A stretch of DNA of 64,000 nucleotides from Pirellula sp. (GTDB lineage Bacteria; Planctomycetota; Planctomycetia; Pirellulales; Pirellulaceae). Location of the stretch: assembly GCA_021299695.1 (NCBI GenBank), contig JAJTEK010000003.1, positions 2,409 through 66,408 of the forward strand. The letters are read 5' to 3'. Each line of letters begins with the position of its first letter. Positions within the stretch are counted from its first letter, which is position 1. Positions 28,173 through 38,526 of this stretch are shown here, piece after piece. The notes beneath the pieces are model-generated. The model had not been told where the DNA came from and searched no databases. It saw only the letters and a list, made by a program, of their open reading frames with translations. The translations under genes and the position numbers were made by a program.

Positions 28173-30542
28173 TTACGGTTCGGTCTGCGACCCGCCAGAT
28201 TTCGAATCGTTGGATCCCGAGGCGCTAGAGCTTGACCCACCCATGGGTGGGTCAAGCGAATTCCGGTTGACCCATTGCGTTTTCTGGTCGCCTCGCACGA
28301 TCCGGAAGTATTTGGAGATCGCGTCGATTGCATACTCCCGGCCCTTGGTCGCTCGGAGCAGTTCCCCGACCGACTCGACATGTTCGCCGAAGTTTGCTGT
28401 CGAAATCCGAGGAGAGGACTTCGGCCGACCGAAAATAGGGAATGCTGCAATGATGGCTACCATAGCGAGGAGGGCCGCGTGGATGGTCATCACGTTGAAA
28501 GGCCAAACCGTCAGCATTTCGAAGCCTTTGAAGTCTTCCTGGGGAGTTCCTTGGCGAATCGTCGGCTCTTCATCGCCCGAAAGGAAGCCGACTCGGCCCG
28601 CCGAGAAGGACTCGATCAATCGATCCGTCAATCGACGATTCCCAACATCGAGTAGTCCCAGGTTCGAGACGATCGAACTGTTCGATAAGATGATTACTCT
28701 GCTCAGTGAACTTGTGTAGCGAAGTTCGCTCACCAGAGGCGTACCATCATCGGCCGCTAGGAGCACTCGAGCCGTATCGTAATCGATCGCATGGATCCCA
28801 CCGGCAATCGCCAATAGCTCTTCATCGTCGGTATTCCAGGTCTTTAAATCCATGTTGGGACCCTTTAGGATGGGAAACCGGAACATGCGATCAGATTTGC
28901 GCGGAGGCGGAGGCGTGGTTCCCGGTGGAATTTGATTTGCTGTAGCTTTTCTTTTCGGTTTTGCCGGTGCAGGAGTTGCGGCCGGTGCAGGAGCCCCTGC
29001 CGGTGCTGGAGCTGCTGCCGTTGTGTTCCAATCGAGTTCTTTGCGGAGCGCATCGAGCTCGAGTCTGTCGAATGGATCGAGGGAAGAACGGACTTGGATC
29101 CGGCTCTTTGCAATCGAAGGATCATCTGCCCATTCCCCGAGAAATCCCTGAACCTTGCGGAATGGGCCAGGAACATACCTCCAGGTAAACCAAGGAGTAA
29201 CGAGCAGCTCTCGCTGGGAATCACGGAGGGAATCCAATTGGCTCGATGCGAGGGCTCCTTGGATCAGTCCGCGCGCTCTTTGCGTGGGATCCAAATCGGA
29301 GTTTGGGTTGCTGGCGACTCGGTCCCAGTAGTCGGCATGCGGCGAGTAATCGCGACCGACGTAGACTAAGGTTTTTCTGCCGGTGCGAAGCCAGCGGTCG
29401 AGGCAGTCCAAATTGGCCTTGGTGTGGAATGGAAAGTAATTCGGAGTCCAGATGATGGTTTGATATTTTTCTTCCATCGAAGGGCTCAGCGACAAGACCG
29501 TTTCGGTCGGTAGGTCATGGGCTTTTACCATTTCACGCAGGACGCTCATTCCCCCCGGACTCGCTTCGGCACTTTGCGATTCGCTCGTTCCGTAGGCATT
29601 GGATAGGTCCGATTTGCATCCGCTGAGACTTGGAATCCCAAGGACCACGAGCATTAGCAGTGCAGCCCCAACCAAGGGTTGGTTCTCTCGATGAGGCGAA
29701 TTTTTGATCGTTTCCTCAACCTTGGCAAGATCGAGCCAAACTGTATCGAACTGCTCCTTAGTCAGTGTTCGCCGACCGAAATAGGCAGCTTCAAATAGGC
29801 TCACTACGTCGCGCAAGCGGGATTGAAGATGGCGGTGGGGATTGAGTTCCCGAAGGTAGCGGTAGTTTGTTTTGCCTTTTGCAAGGGCGATGAGTTGCGC
29901 TTGGTCGAGTTCGACCAAAAGGTAGCTAAACAAAAAGACGATGGCTCGGGAGTAATCGCCTTGATCCCTATACTCTGCGGCTTGGGCTCGCAGTCCTAAC
30001 ATTCCCTTCTCAATCTCTACGGGCAGATCGGAGTATTTGGCTTGCTGAGCAAGAATATCTTCGGTGTTGCGAGTTGTTTTTTTCCGGCGGTTGAACCACA
30101 CGGCAAGTTCTTGGTTTTTCAAGAGCCAAACGAAGCACCAGAGGGCAACGATGGCTAGAGTTGTCCAAAGCAGAAAGGAAAAAATCCTGCTGATCACCCA
30201 CCAAAAATCGGCCCAAGAGGTGCTATTCGTGTTTGTAGTAGCGCTTCCGTTGTTTGGGGATCTTGTTGAATTGTTCCCAAATAACCACGACCAAAAGCTG
30301 TTGCTCGATTCGTTTTGAGTCCAGCCGTTTCGAGATACCAAGTTATCCCGACTCAGTGGAGACGCTCCGAATTGAACATCCTGCTCTTGGACATCGACCC
30401 ATTGGGAGTTGGTGCCGCGTTGCAAGACGTCTTGGTCATTGAGGCGACCGATCTGGGGGAAAGCCGACGGGGCGTTCCAAACGAGCCAGAGAAACGCAAA
30501 TCCGATTCGTATGCTATTCCACACGGTTCCTTGCCTCCGCAT
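28173..30542 (-). CDS. DUF4129 + DUF4350-like fusion membrane protein
   Basis: GDYSRAIVFLFSY..GKTNYRYLREL..FEAAYFG (DUF4129), followed by a DUF4350-like region (AYGTS..PGG.SVL; AFPIFGRPK..FGEHVESVGELL). Confidence 0.7.
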   Translation of the reverse strand: MRRQGTVWNSIRIGFAFLWLVWNAPSAFPQIGRLNDQDVLQRGTNSQWVDVQEQDVQFGASPLSRDNLVSRNGWTQNESSNSFWSWLFGNNSTRSPNNGSATTNTNSTSWADFWWVISRIFSFLLWTTLAIVALWCFVWLLKNQELAVWFNRRKKTTRNTEDILAQQAKYSDLPVEIEKGMLGLRAQAAEYRDQGDYSRAIVFLFSYLLVELDQAQLIALAKGKTNYRYLRELNPHRHLQSRLRDVVSLFEAAYFGRRTLTKEQFDTVWLDLAKVEETIKNSPHRENQPLVGAALLMLVVLGIPSLSGCKSDLSNAYGTSESQSAEASPGGMSVLREMVKAHDLPTETVLSLSPSMEEKYQTIIWTPNYFPFHTKANLDCLDRWLRTGRKTLVYVGRDYSPHADYWDRVASNPNSDLDPTQRARGLIQGALASSQLDSLRDSQRELLVTPWFTWRYVPGPFRKVQGFLGEWADDPSIAKSRIQVRSSLDPFDRLELDALRKELDWNTTAAAPAPAGAPAPAATPAPAKPKRKATANQIPPGTTPPPPRKSDRMFRFPILKGPNMDLKTWNTDDEELLAIAGGIHAIDYDTARVLLAADDGTPLVSELRYTSSLSRVIILSNSSIVSNLGLLDVGNRRLTDRLIESFSAGRVGFLSGDEEPTIRQGTPQEDFKGFEMLTVWPFNVMTIHAALLAMVAIIAAFPIFGRPKSSPRISTANFGEHVESVGELLRATKGREYAIDAISKYFRIVRGDQKTQWVNRNSLDPPMGGSSSSASGSNDSKSGGSQTEP
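28963..29020. repeat. Intragenic 18-bp tandem repeat (about 3.2 copies) encoding an Ala/Pro linker
   Basis: GCCGGTGCAGGAGTTGCG / GCCGGTGCAGGAGCCCCT / GCCGGTGCTGGAGCTGCT; encodes APAPAG-like units on the minus strand. Confidence 0.7.
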
Positions 30543-31449
30543 CTTGAATCCTATTTGCTTCCGCCTTGAGCTTCAATTCCAACTCCCAGCCCTCGCCCCC
30601 GATGCGCGTATTCATATAGACCAGGAACCGAAGGATCGTTCCCCATAGGGCGATAGCCCAAAGGGCCAGGGGGTAGAAAAACAGGTCCATCCACCAGCCC
30701 CATTCCCAAGCTCCAGCGAGCGAGCCGACTAAAAAGACAAACGTGAGATTCAGAATTAGCAGGAAGGCTACCGAGACGATGCCTGCGAAAAAGCAAGCTT
30801 GGAACAACTCTCCTCCGGCTTGATGCAATCGTTTCGATCGTTGCCAGAAAAGCAACTGATTTCCTGGTTTTTTGCGTTTGAGAGAAAATATCGGACACTT
30901 CTCGAGGAATAAAATCTCTGGTGCAAAGGGGCGAACGCTGCGGATCGCGGCGATCATCAAAGCCAAAATCATGATCCACGGGGTTCCGACATAGTTGGCA
31001 AACCCGCGGTTGATACTGAAGAATTCGATCCCACCAATCAACGCAATCATGGGAAAGATACCCCGCAGGATTGCAAGAACACCGAAGACTGAAAACCATT
31101 GCTTACCGATTGCAGTCAGGGTTTGTCGTTTGGAATTTTGGATGCCAAACATAAGGTTCCCCAGCTTGATCGTCACTCCTGCCATCGCTAAGGGGGCTTG
31201 GGTATAGACCAGCACCGCCATGCACAGGAGGAAACGAAAGCGAAGCCAGCCGTCTTGATCGAAAAGGTATCCCCTCATGACCATTGACGAAGACAGGAGC
31301 AATCCGTTGAGGATAGCAAACGGTAAAGCTCCCAGCAGGGCAACCTGAAGAAGTGCTGGCCCGAATCGACGCAGGACCGCTAAGCTCAGGTCGAGAAGCT
31401 CATCGAGGTTCCGTTGTTTGATGGCGATCGCCGTTTTGTCCAATTGCAT
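30514..31449 (-). CDS. Conserved membrane protein of the RDD/SpoIIM/DUF4129 cluster
   Basis: MQLDKTAIAIKQRNLDELLDL, several TM helices, YMNTRIGGEGWELEL. Start 31449 or 31464. Confidence 0.7.
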   Translation of the reverse strand: MQLDKTAIAIKQRNLDELLDLSLAVLRRFGPALLQVALLGALPFAILNGLLLSSSMVMRGYLFDQDGWLRFRFLLCMAVLVYTQAPLAMAGVTIKLGNLMFGIQNSKRQTLTAIGKQWFSVFGVLAILRGIFPMIALIGGIEFFSINRGFANYVGTPWIMILALMIAAIRSVRPFAPEILFLEKCPIFSLKRKKPGNQLLFWQRSKRLHQAGGELFQACFFAGIVSVAFLLILNLTFVFLVGSLAGAWEWGWWMDLFFYPLALWAIALWGTILRFLVYMNTRIGGEGWELELKLKAEANRIQDAEARNRVE

Positions 31450-31453
31450 CGCG

Positions 31454-32443
31454 CTATCTTTCAATCCTTGGATACGGCTCGGAAAGTGTCGAATCCGTGG
31501 GATATCCCAGAACGCAAAAGTAGAACATTAGGAGCGAGGCGCTGCCAACGGAACAGAGGATTTTGACATAGTAAGGCAAGGGCGAGGGGGAAATGAAGCC
31601 TTCGGTAAATGCAGCAAGGAAAAAAAGTAGTACCGAGACTAGGATCAAGGGAAGTGCTTTCTCAGCATTTTTTTTAAAGGAATCCAGGCGTGTTAAACCG
31701 TCGGTGGCGATCCATCCGAGTCCGAGCCGAAGTCCTGCCGCTGCTGATAAAGCGATTGCGGTCAGTTCAAAAACTCCGTGTGCTGTGACAAACTGAAAAA
31801 AATTATCCCCTTGACTTACCCCTGGTCTGGCCATGTACCCGAAGGTCGCTCCTAAGGAGAGGGCGTTGTAAGCAAGTTTTAGAATGGTCGGCAGGATCAA
31901 TGGACCTAGTGCAAAGCATTGCAGTCCAATGCTCGTATTGTGCTGAATGTAGAAGGCAGCGGAGCTGATGTAAGATTCGTAATTCCCTTTCAGTGGCTGC
32001 GAGTACATGCGTTCGATCGACTCGATCTGCTCTGCACCAACGATATTCTCAGCAAAGTTTGGAAAAAGGCCTTCGGCCCAACCCATGAAAGCCGCGATGC
32101 TGAACATCCCAAAAAAGACGCTAAAGGCAATCCTTACACAGATGTCTTTGAAGACCGCTTGGGGGGCCGTTTTAAAAAGGAATTGGCTCCAGCGCGACAC
32201 CGGAAAGCTATTCGAGCTATAGAATCGACTGTGAGATCTGGCCACGAGCCGTTGAAGATATTCGATGGTCGCCGGTGGCAATTTGAGTTGATCTGCCATG
32301 GCAAGATCCGAACAAGCATCCCGGTACAATGCGCTGAAGTGCATTGCATCTTGAGGCGTCCAATTCGAGATCGGGGTATCGCACATTCCGTCTAAGGAAA
32401 GCCAAGCCCTGCGTCGCTGCTCGACCAATTCGGCAGTTCTCAT
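31454..32443 (-). CDS. Stage II sporulation protein M (DUF95)-family membrane protein
   Basis: LYRDACSDLA, YIQHNTSIGLQCFALG, HGVFELTAIALSAAAGLRLG, AAFTEGFISP. Confidence 0.85.
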   Translation of the reverse strand: MRTAELVEQRRRAWLSLDGMCDTPISNWTPQDAMHFSALYRDACSDLAMADQLKLPPATIEYLQRLVARSHSRFYSSNSFPVSRWSQFLFKTAPQAVFKDICVRIAFSVFFGMFSIAAFMGWAEGLFPNFAENIVGAEQIESIERMYSQPLKGNYESYISSAAFYIQHNTSIGLQCFALGPLILPTILKLAYNALSLGATFGYMARPGVSQGDNFFQFVTAHGVFELTAIALSAAAGLRLGLGWIATDGLTRLDSFKKNAEKALPLILVSVLLFFLAAFTEGFISPSPLPYYVKILCSVGSASLLMFYFCVLGYPTDSTLSEPYPRIER

Positions 32444-33333
32444 CGATCACTCCTCGGCGAACTTAGCATGGGTCTTTTTGCTTTCTCATTTGCGGGACTA
32501 CGATTTTTTTCATGGATCTTCCACTGAGCGTCGTATTCCCGCTTGTACAAGGCACAGAGCAAAAGGTCAGGGTCGCTCGCAGGAGGAACCCCGACCTTGT
32601 CGATGATCTCTTTGGTCAGTATCGCTGCGAGCTCACGTCTTCGTTGGGGAAGGACTCGGTTGCGTCGCTCGACGTACATCGCCACGGTTCGGAGCATGGT
32701 TCGCGACATTCGAAAATTTGGAGCAATCGCTGGGAGCAACGCATTGATCCCAGGATCCTCGAGCCTCAATTTTGGCGGGACCCACTTGCGCTCGTCGAGG
32801 ACCACCATCGTGCTGGCAGCAAGATCCCCGAGTCGTTGAAGGCGTGAGGTCAACAGCATGCACAAAATAGCCACCCCAGCCGTGGGGACCCAATAAATCG
32901 GAGGAGCATCGGCAACCACCATCTGCAATGAGGCAAACGGCGTAAAATCACCCAAACGCAGAAAGTTACGAATTGTCGCTTGGTAGGCGCTGATCGGACG
33001 TCCATCGGTCGAGATCACCCGAAGCCCGCTTACCCGTTTGCCAGGTGTTTGTCCGTTCCAGATCGTTTCGAAAAACAGACCGTAGAACCAATCGAAAAAG
33101 AAGTAACTCAGCACTAATAGAATCCCGCTGAGCAGGTTCAAACTAGGCAGTAAGCGCGTGATCCCCGAGCATGTCAGGAAAACCGCTAGGGCAATAAGAA
33201 CTGCTGCTCGGATGGAAAGGTCGAGAAAAAATGCAGGAAACCGTCGAAAAGGGCCCGCAAGTCGGTACTCGAACTGGATGTTCTCTGGCGTGATGACATT
33301 GGCGGTTAAATCCAGTGCAGCCTCAGCACTCAT
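32440..33333 (-). CDS. RDD family protein
   Basis: TPENIQFEYRLAGPFRRFPAFFLD, WNGQTPGKR, QRLGDLAASTMVV. Start set to ATG 33333. Confidence 0.88.
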   Translation of the reverse strand: MSAEAALDLTANVITPENIQFEYRLAGPFRRFPAFFLDLSIRAAVLIALAVFLTCSGITRLLPSLNLLSGILLVLSYFFFDWFYGLFFETIWNGQTPGKRVSGLRVISTDGRPISAYQATIRNFLRLGDFTPFASLQMVVADAPPIYWVPTAGVAILCMLLTSRLQRLGDLAASTMVVLDERKWVPPKLRLEDPGINALLPAIAPNFRMSRTMLRTVAMYVERRNRVLPQRRRELAAILTKEIIDKVGVPPASDPDLLLCALYKREYDAQWKIHEKNRSPANEKAKRPMLSSPRSDR

Positions 33334-33596
33334 TTCTCTACTTTCACAAAGCGGGCGATCAGCGATCCGAACCCATTGTACCATAACCAAACCTACGAAA
33401 CGCTATCGAGTTTTAGCCTTCAATTACGTTTTTCGCTTCGAGGGCCCTTTGGTCTGGCGTCGCTCTGGCGTCGGACCCGATTCTTCTCGAGCTGTTCCTC
33501 TGGAATTTCAGCAGCCCCGTTTTTTTGATAGACTAATCAACGTGCGGGTGAACCGTATCCGTTTGTTCCTCCCTTCAAGCCATCCTAGGTGCTTCG

Positions 33597-34625
33597 ATGA
33601 ATTCCCAATCCAAAGATAGCGTCAACCGCCGCGATTTCCTATCCACCACTGGTCTGATCGCCGCATCTGGCCTGACGGCAACCGGTTTTTTGGGAGGCGC
33701 CAATGCGTCGGCGTCCCCGTTGGTCCGACCGGTATCCACCCCTGAAACACTCGTGAAAACACTCTTTGATTCGTTATCCGAGAGCCAGCGTCGAGCCGTT
33801 TGTTTCGATTGGGACTATAGCACCAAGGATCGAGGATTGCTCCGCACCCGAGTGGCCAACAATTGGAACATTACCAAACCTACGATTCTGAGCGATTTCT
33901 ATACCAAGGACCAAAAGGACTTGGTCCAAGCGATTTTTGAGGGGATCATCGATCCGAGTTGGCACGATCGCTTCTATCGCCAATTCAAGGACGACATGGG
34001 AGGATGGGGAAAAGGACAGAGTCTTGCGATCTTCGGAACCCCAGGTTCGGAGCGGTTCGAATTCGTGCTGACCGGGCGTCATTCGACTCTCCGATGCGAT
34101 GGCAATACACAGGAGCACGTAGCCTTCGGTGGACCGATTTTCTACGGTCATGCGGCCAATTCCGATGATGAGGGGACAGATCACCCAGGCAACGTATTTT
34201 GGGAGCAAGCTCTCGCGGCCAATGGCGTTTACCAAATGCTCGATGGCAAGCAACGCAAGTTGGCTGAGGTACCGGAGTCACCAAGCGAAAGCGCAGTGGC
34301 TTTTCGGGGGTCGAACGCAATTGCAGGGATCCCCGTCAGTGAACTTGCACGCGACCAGCGCGAAGCGCTCGAGAAAGTCTTGGGCAAACTTCTCGAACCC
34401 TTCCGCGCGATCGATCGCCAAGAAGCTCTCGCGTGTTTGAAGGCTCAAGGTGGATTGGAAAAACTCCACCTCGCGTTCTACACCGATGAAGACTCCGGGG
34501 GGGACAAAACTTGGGACAACTGGCGACTCGAAGGCCCCAGCTTCGTATGGCATTTCCGAGGCTATCCCCACGTTCACGTGTGGGTCAACATCGCCGACCA
34601 GCCCACTGTGGCTCTGAACGCCTAA
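33597..34625 (+). CDS. DUF3500-like Tat-exported protein
   Basis: NRRDFL signal; LFDSLSESQR, AIFGTPG, WRLEGPSFVWHF..PHVH. Confidence 0.7.
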   Translation: MNSQSKDSVNRRDFLSTTGLIAASGLTATGFLGGANASASPLVRPVSTPETLVKTLFDSLSESQRRAVCFDWDYSTKDRGLLRTRVANNWNITKPTILSDFYTKDQKDLVQAIFEGIIDPSWHDRFYRQFKDDMGGWGKGQSLAIFGTPGSERFEFVLTGRHSTLRCDGNTQEHVAFGGPIFYGHAANSDDEGTDHPGNVFWEQALAANGVYQMLDGKQRKLAEVPESPSESAVAFRGSNAIAGIPVSELARDQREALEKVLGKLLEPFRAIDRQEALACLKAQGGLEKLHLAFYTDEDSGGDKTWDNWRLEGPSFVWHFRGYPHVHVWVNIADQPTVALNA

Positions 34626-34704
34626 TCGACTCGTCCCTTTTCGTTCCAACACTCGATCTTCTCGTTGTGTCCTATCATTCCTCTCGTTTCATTCACTAAA
34701 ATCG

Positions 34705-35775
34705 ATGAACAAGCAACCGGCTGTTGTCAACTTTGCCCAAGAACCGATGTCCGTCGAACTCAGGGAAATCGATATCCCGGAGATCGGCCCGAACGATACG
34801 CTCATGGAAGTCGCTGCGGTGGGAGTATGCGGTAGCGATCTGCACCAATGGGCTGGACTCCATAGTTGGCCGGTGAATTATCCAGTCACCTTAGGCCATG
34901 AATTCGCAGGCCGAATCGTCAAGACCGGCGCAGCGGTGACAGCCTTTCGCGAAGGGGATCGCGTTTGTTCGGAGACCGCTGCGATCATCGATCCGAATTC
35001 TCCAATGACTCGCGTCGGAAAATACAACCTCGACCCGAGTCGCAAGGGGTTCGGGTACGGCACTCACGGAGCGATGACTCGGTACGTCAAAGTCCCCGAA
35101 CGTTGCTTGCACAGAGTCCCTGATAATCTCCCTTTACGCTACGCGGCGCTGACCGAACCTTGTTGCGTGGCATTTAGCGCGGTGGTCGCCAATGCGAACA
35201 TTCTCCCCGGTGATCGCATCGCAGTCCTAGGTCCCGGGCCGATCGGATTGCTTTGCGGTGCATTGGCAAGAATGCGTGGCGCTGAGGTTGCCGTCGTCGG
35301 GTTGCCCCAAGACCAATCGCGACTTGCGATCGCCAAAGAGTTCGGTTGCATCCCTTTGTTCAGCGATCAGCTAAAGCACTGGGCCACCGAACGCGATGGA
35401 CTCGGCTGCGAAGGGGTGGTCGATGCGGCCGGTGTTTCTGCGACCCTCAAAACGGCGATCGATGTGGTCCGCCCAGCGGGTTGGATCAGCAAGGTCGGTT
35501 GGGGCCGAGACCCACTAGGATTCTCGATCGATCCACTGGTCCAAAAAAATATCACCCTTCAAGGCAGTTTCTCTCATACCTGGGCTATTTGGGAAAGAGT
35601 CCTGCTGCTCTTGGCCAATGGCTCGCTCGACGTTTCGAAAATCGTCGGTGGCTCCTGGAGTTTGGACCATTGGCATGAAGCATTCGAAACCATGCACTCT
35701 GGAAAAATCGCCAAAGCGGTCCTCGAGGTCCAACCCGATCTAGCTACCTTCATCCACACGAAAGTTCCGCAATGA
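34705..35775 (+). CDS. Zn-dependent medium-chain dehydrogenase (sorbitol/threonine-DH-like)
   Basis: CGSDLH, GHE, GPGPIG nucleotide-binding motif; the structural-Zn cysteines are absent. Confidence 0.88.
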   Translation: MNKQPAVVNFAQEPMSVELREIDIPEIGPNDTLMEVAAVGVCGSDLHQWAGLHSWPVNYPVTLGHEFAGRIVKTGAAVTAFREGDRVCSETAAIIDPNSPMTRVGKYNLDPSRKGFGYGTHGAMTRYVKVPERCLHRVPDNLPLRYAALTEPCCVAFSAVVANANILPGDRIAVLGPGPIGLLCGALARMRGAEVAVVGLPQDQSRLAIAKEFGCIPLFSDQLKHWATERDGLGCEGVVDAAGVSATLKTAIDVVRPAGWISKVGWGRDPLGFSIDPLVQKNITLQGSFSHTWAIWERVLLLLANGSLDVSKIVGGSWSLDHWHEAFETMHSGKIAKAVLEVQPDLATFIHTKVPQ

Positions 35776-36662
35776 GTAAAAGCAGGATCCTCATCCAGCT
35801 CGATACCGATCCCCAAGCCAGCGTATTCGATGCGGTTGTCGCGATCGACGCAGGTGCAGAGCGATTATTGCAATACGCAAATATCAAACCTGAGCAGGTT
35901 CGGGATTTGGTTCATGGGGCAATGTACACACGCGGACCTGCGGATCTAAAGCACACGGCGATTTTTGTCGGTGGGAGCAATGTTGCGCACGGCGAACAGG
36001 TTTTCCGCAACGCTGTCGATACGATGTTCGAGCCGTTTAAGGTCTCGGTGATGATCGACTGCAACGGTTCCAACAGCACGGCAGCCGCGGCAGTCATCAG
36101 CGCATCGAGGCACCTAGTGCTCGAGGGAAGCACGGCCTTGGTGCTCGCTGCCACCGGTCCGGTAGGTCAACGGGTAGCCAAAATCCTAGCGAACGAAAAA
36201 TGCACGGTGTACCTCCAGTCGCGATCGCTCGAGCGCTCCGAGGAATGCGTCGCTCAACTCGTGGCCCAAGGTGTCCCGCAGAATCGACTCATCGCGATCT
36301 CCAGCGCCGACCAAACCTGGACCGATAAAGCCATTCGCGAATCGCACATGGTCTTTGCTTGCGGGGCGGCCGGGGTGCGACTGATGACCGCCGAGCAGCT
36401 TGAACAAGCCGCTCAGCTCAAGGTCGCGATCGACTTGAATGCAGTCCCACCGTTGGGGATCGATGGTATCGGGTTGACCGACAAGGGATCTTCGCGGGGC
36501 GGAAGGATCGAATACGGCGCTCTGGGCGTCGGTGGTCTAAAGATGAAGATCCATAAAGCATCGGTCGCCAGCCTATTCGAATCCAACGCCAAGACGATCG
36601 ATTGCCAAGAAATGATGTCCATCGGCCGCGATATTCTGGCATTAGAAAAACCGCTGAGTTGA
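35772..36662 (+). CDS. mtdC: Methylene-tetrahydromethanopterin dehydrogenase (MtdA/MtdC family)
   Basis: ILIQLDTDPQASVFDAVVAIDAG, LVHGAMYTRG, TAIFVGGS, DCNGSNSTAAAAV, TGPVG, DLNAVPPLGI, GALGVGGLKMKIH. The mtdC subtype is assigned from the planctomycete context. Confidence 0.85.
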   Translation: MSKSRILIQLDTDPQASVFDAVVAIDAGAERLLQYANIKPEQVRDLVHGAMYTRGPADLKHTAIFVGGSNVAHGEQVFRNAVDTMFEPFKVSVMIDCNGSNSTAAAAVISASRHLVLEGSTALVLAATGPVGQRVAKILANEKCTVYLQSRSLERSEECVAQLVAQGVPQNRLIAISSADQTWTDKAIRESHMVFACGAAGVRLMTAEQLEQAAQLKVAIDLNAVPPLGIDGIGLTDKGSSRGGRIEYGALGVGGLKMKIHKASVASLFESNAKTIDCQEMMSIGRDILALEKPLS

Positions 36663-36742
36663 ATCGGATTCTCTCAACCGGAGCCTAGACCCACGTGCGG
36701 CAGCAGAACATCGCAAGCATTCCTTTATAGAGAACCTTTTCA

Positions 36743-38485
36743 ATGATCCAATCTAGGCAGATTTCTTCCATCCAGGGATGGAAAAACCATCATGGATTTT
36801 GGCTAGGACTCCGAATCGTGATCGCCTTGTTAGGCTTCCAAGGCATCGTCTCGGGGAGCGAACCTAAGCCGACGAATTTCGTCGTCATCCTGAGCGACGA
36901 CATGGGGATCTCGGATCTTGGGTGCTACGGAGGAGAGATTCGAACCGAGAATCTCGATCGCCTGGCGCGCGACGGTTTGCGGTTCTCTCAGTTCTACAAT
37001 ACCGCGCGGTGCTGCCCAACCCGTGCAAGTCTTTTGACTGGCCTCTATCCGCACCAAGCCGGCGTTGGACACATGATGGACAAAAAGCCGCTCGAGGGCT
37101 ACCAAGGGGATCTCAACGGAACCTGCCGCACGATCGCTCAAGTCCTCAAATCCGCTGATTATCGAAACTATGCGGTTGGCAAATGGCATGTGACGCGTCA
37201 CACGGATCCCAACGGCCCGAAACACAATTGGCCCCTTCAACGGGGCTTTGATCGTTTCTACGGGACGATCCACGGCGCGGGGTCTTTTTACGATCCCTCG
37301 TCGTTGACCCGCGACAATTCCCAGATTTCCGCTTATGCAGATCCCGACTACACTCCCGAGACCTACTACTACACCGATGCGATCAGCGATCATGCAACCC
37401 GTTTCTTAAGCGAGCATGCGCAGGAGCACCCGCAAAAACCCTTTTTCCTGTACATCGCCTACACCGCTGCACATTGGCCGATGCATGCGCTCCCCGAGGA
37501 TATCGCGCGCTATCGAGGTCGTTATGATGCCGGTTACGAACCGATTCGAAAGGCTCGATTCGAAAAGGGAGTCGAATTGGGGCTCTATTCAAAGAGCATG
37601 GTCTTGCCCGAAGGAATCGGCAATTGGGAACGTGTCGAGGACAAAGCTTGGGAATCGGCGTGCATGGAAGTCTACGCCGCGATGGTCGATCGGATGGATC
37701 AAGGGATCGGGCGGATCGTCGAGCAACTCAAACGCCAGGGTGCCTTCGAGAACACGTTGATCCTCTACATGCAAGACAACGGCGGATGTGCTGAAGGGAT
37801 GGGTAGGACTGGGAATAAGGAGCATCCGAACATTCCGCGACCTCTTGCCCCGAGCCTCGCTCCGATGAAACCCGAGGATTTTGCAAAACGGGGAAGTGTT
37901 CCGGCCCAGACACGAGATGGTTATCCGGTTCGAATGGGCAAGCAGGTCATGCCCGGTCCCGCAGATACTTATGTTGCCTATGGAGAGAACTGGGCCAATG
38001 TCTCGAACACTCCCTTGAGGGAATACAAGCACTGGGTGCATGAGGGTGGGATCAGCAGCCCGTTGGTAGTCTCATGGCCGGCTGGAATCGGTTCGAGGGG
38101 TCAGTGGCGAGATCAGCCCAGCCATCTGATCGACATCGCAGCGACGATCTTTGAGATTGCGAAAGTCAACTATCCTCAGGAGGCCACTCCCCTAGAGGGA
38201 AGAAGTCTCCTAGGGGCTTTTGCGAATAATCCGATCGAGCGAGACGCGCTGTATTGGGAGCACGAGGGAAACCGAGCGGTGCGAGTTGGAAATTGGAAGC
38301 TCGTTGCCAAGCACAACCGACCTTGGGAACTCTACGATCTTTCTCAGGATCGAGCAGAGCAAGTCGACCAAGCGGCGCGTTATCCGGAGAAAGTTGCCGA
38401 GCTCAATGGCTTCTATGAGGCTTATGCGAAAAGAGCCAACGTCGCACCCTGGCCCTTACCCAAAAACGTACCTCCCGAGCCTTGA
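36743..38485 (+). CDS. Arylsulfatase (formylglycine-dependent)
   Basis: ILSDDMG, CCPTRASLLTG (CxPxR), GKWH, AHWPMH, QDNG, YKHWVHEGG. Confidence 0.93.
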   Translation: MIQSRQISSIQGWKNHHGFWLGLRIVIALLGFQGIVSGSEPKPTNFVVILSDDMGISDLGCYGGEIRTENLDRLARDGLRFSQFYNTARCCPTRASLLTGLYPHQAGVGHMMDKKPLEGYQGDLNGTCRTIAQVLKSADYRNYAVGKWHVTRHTDPNGPKHNWPLQRGFDRFYGTIHGAGSFYDPSSLTRDNSQISAYADPDYTPETYYYTDAISDHATRFLSEHAQEHPQKPFFLYIAYTAAHWPMHALPEDIARYRGRYDAGYEPIRKARFEKGVELGLYSKSMVLPEGIGNWERVEDKAWESACMEVYAAMVDRMDQGIGRIVEQLKRQGAFENTLILYMQDNGGCAEGMGRTGNKEHPNIPRPLAPSLAPMKPEDFAKRGSVPAQTRDGYPVRMGKQVMPGPADTYVAYGENWANVSNTPLREYKHWVHEGGISSPLVVSWPAGIGSRGQWRDQPSHLIDIAATIFEIAKVNYPQEATPLEGRSLLGAFANNPIERDALYWEHEGNRAVRVGNWKLVAKHNRPWELYDLSQDRAEQVDQAARYPEKVAELNGFYEAYAKRANVAPWPLPKNVPPEP

Positions 38486-38526
38486 GCGCGATTTCTAACT
38501 GCAGGTCAGTCGGCCTTCCTTCGATA

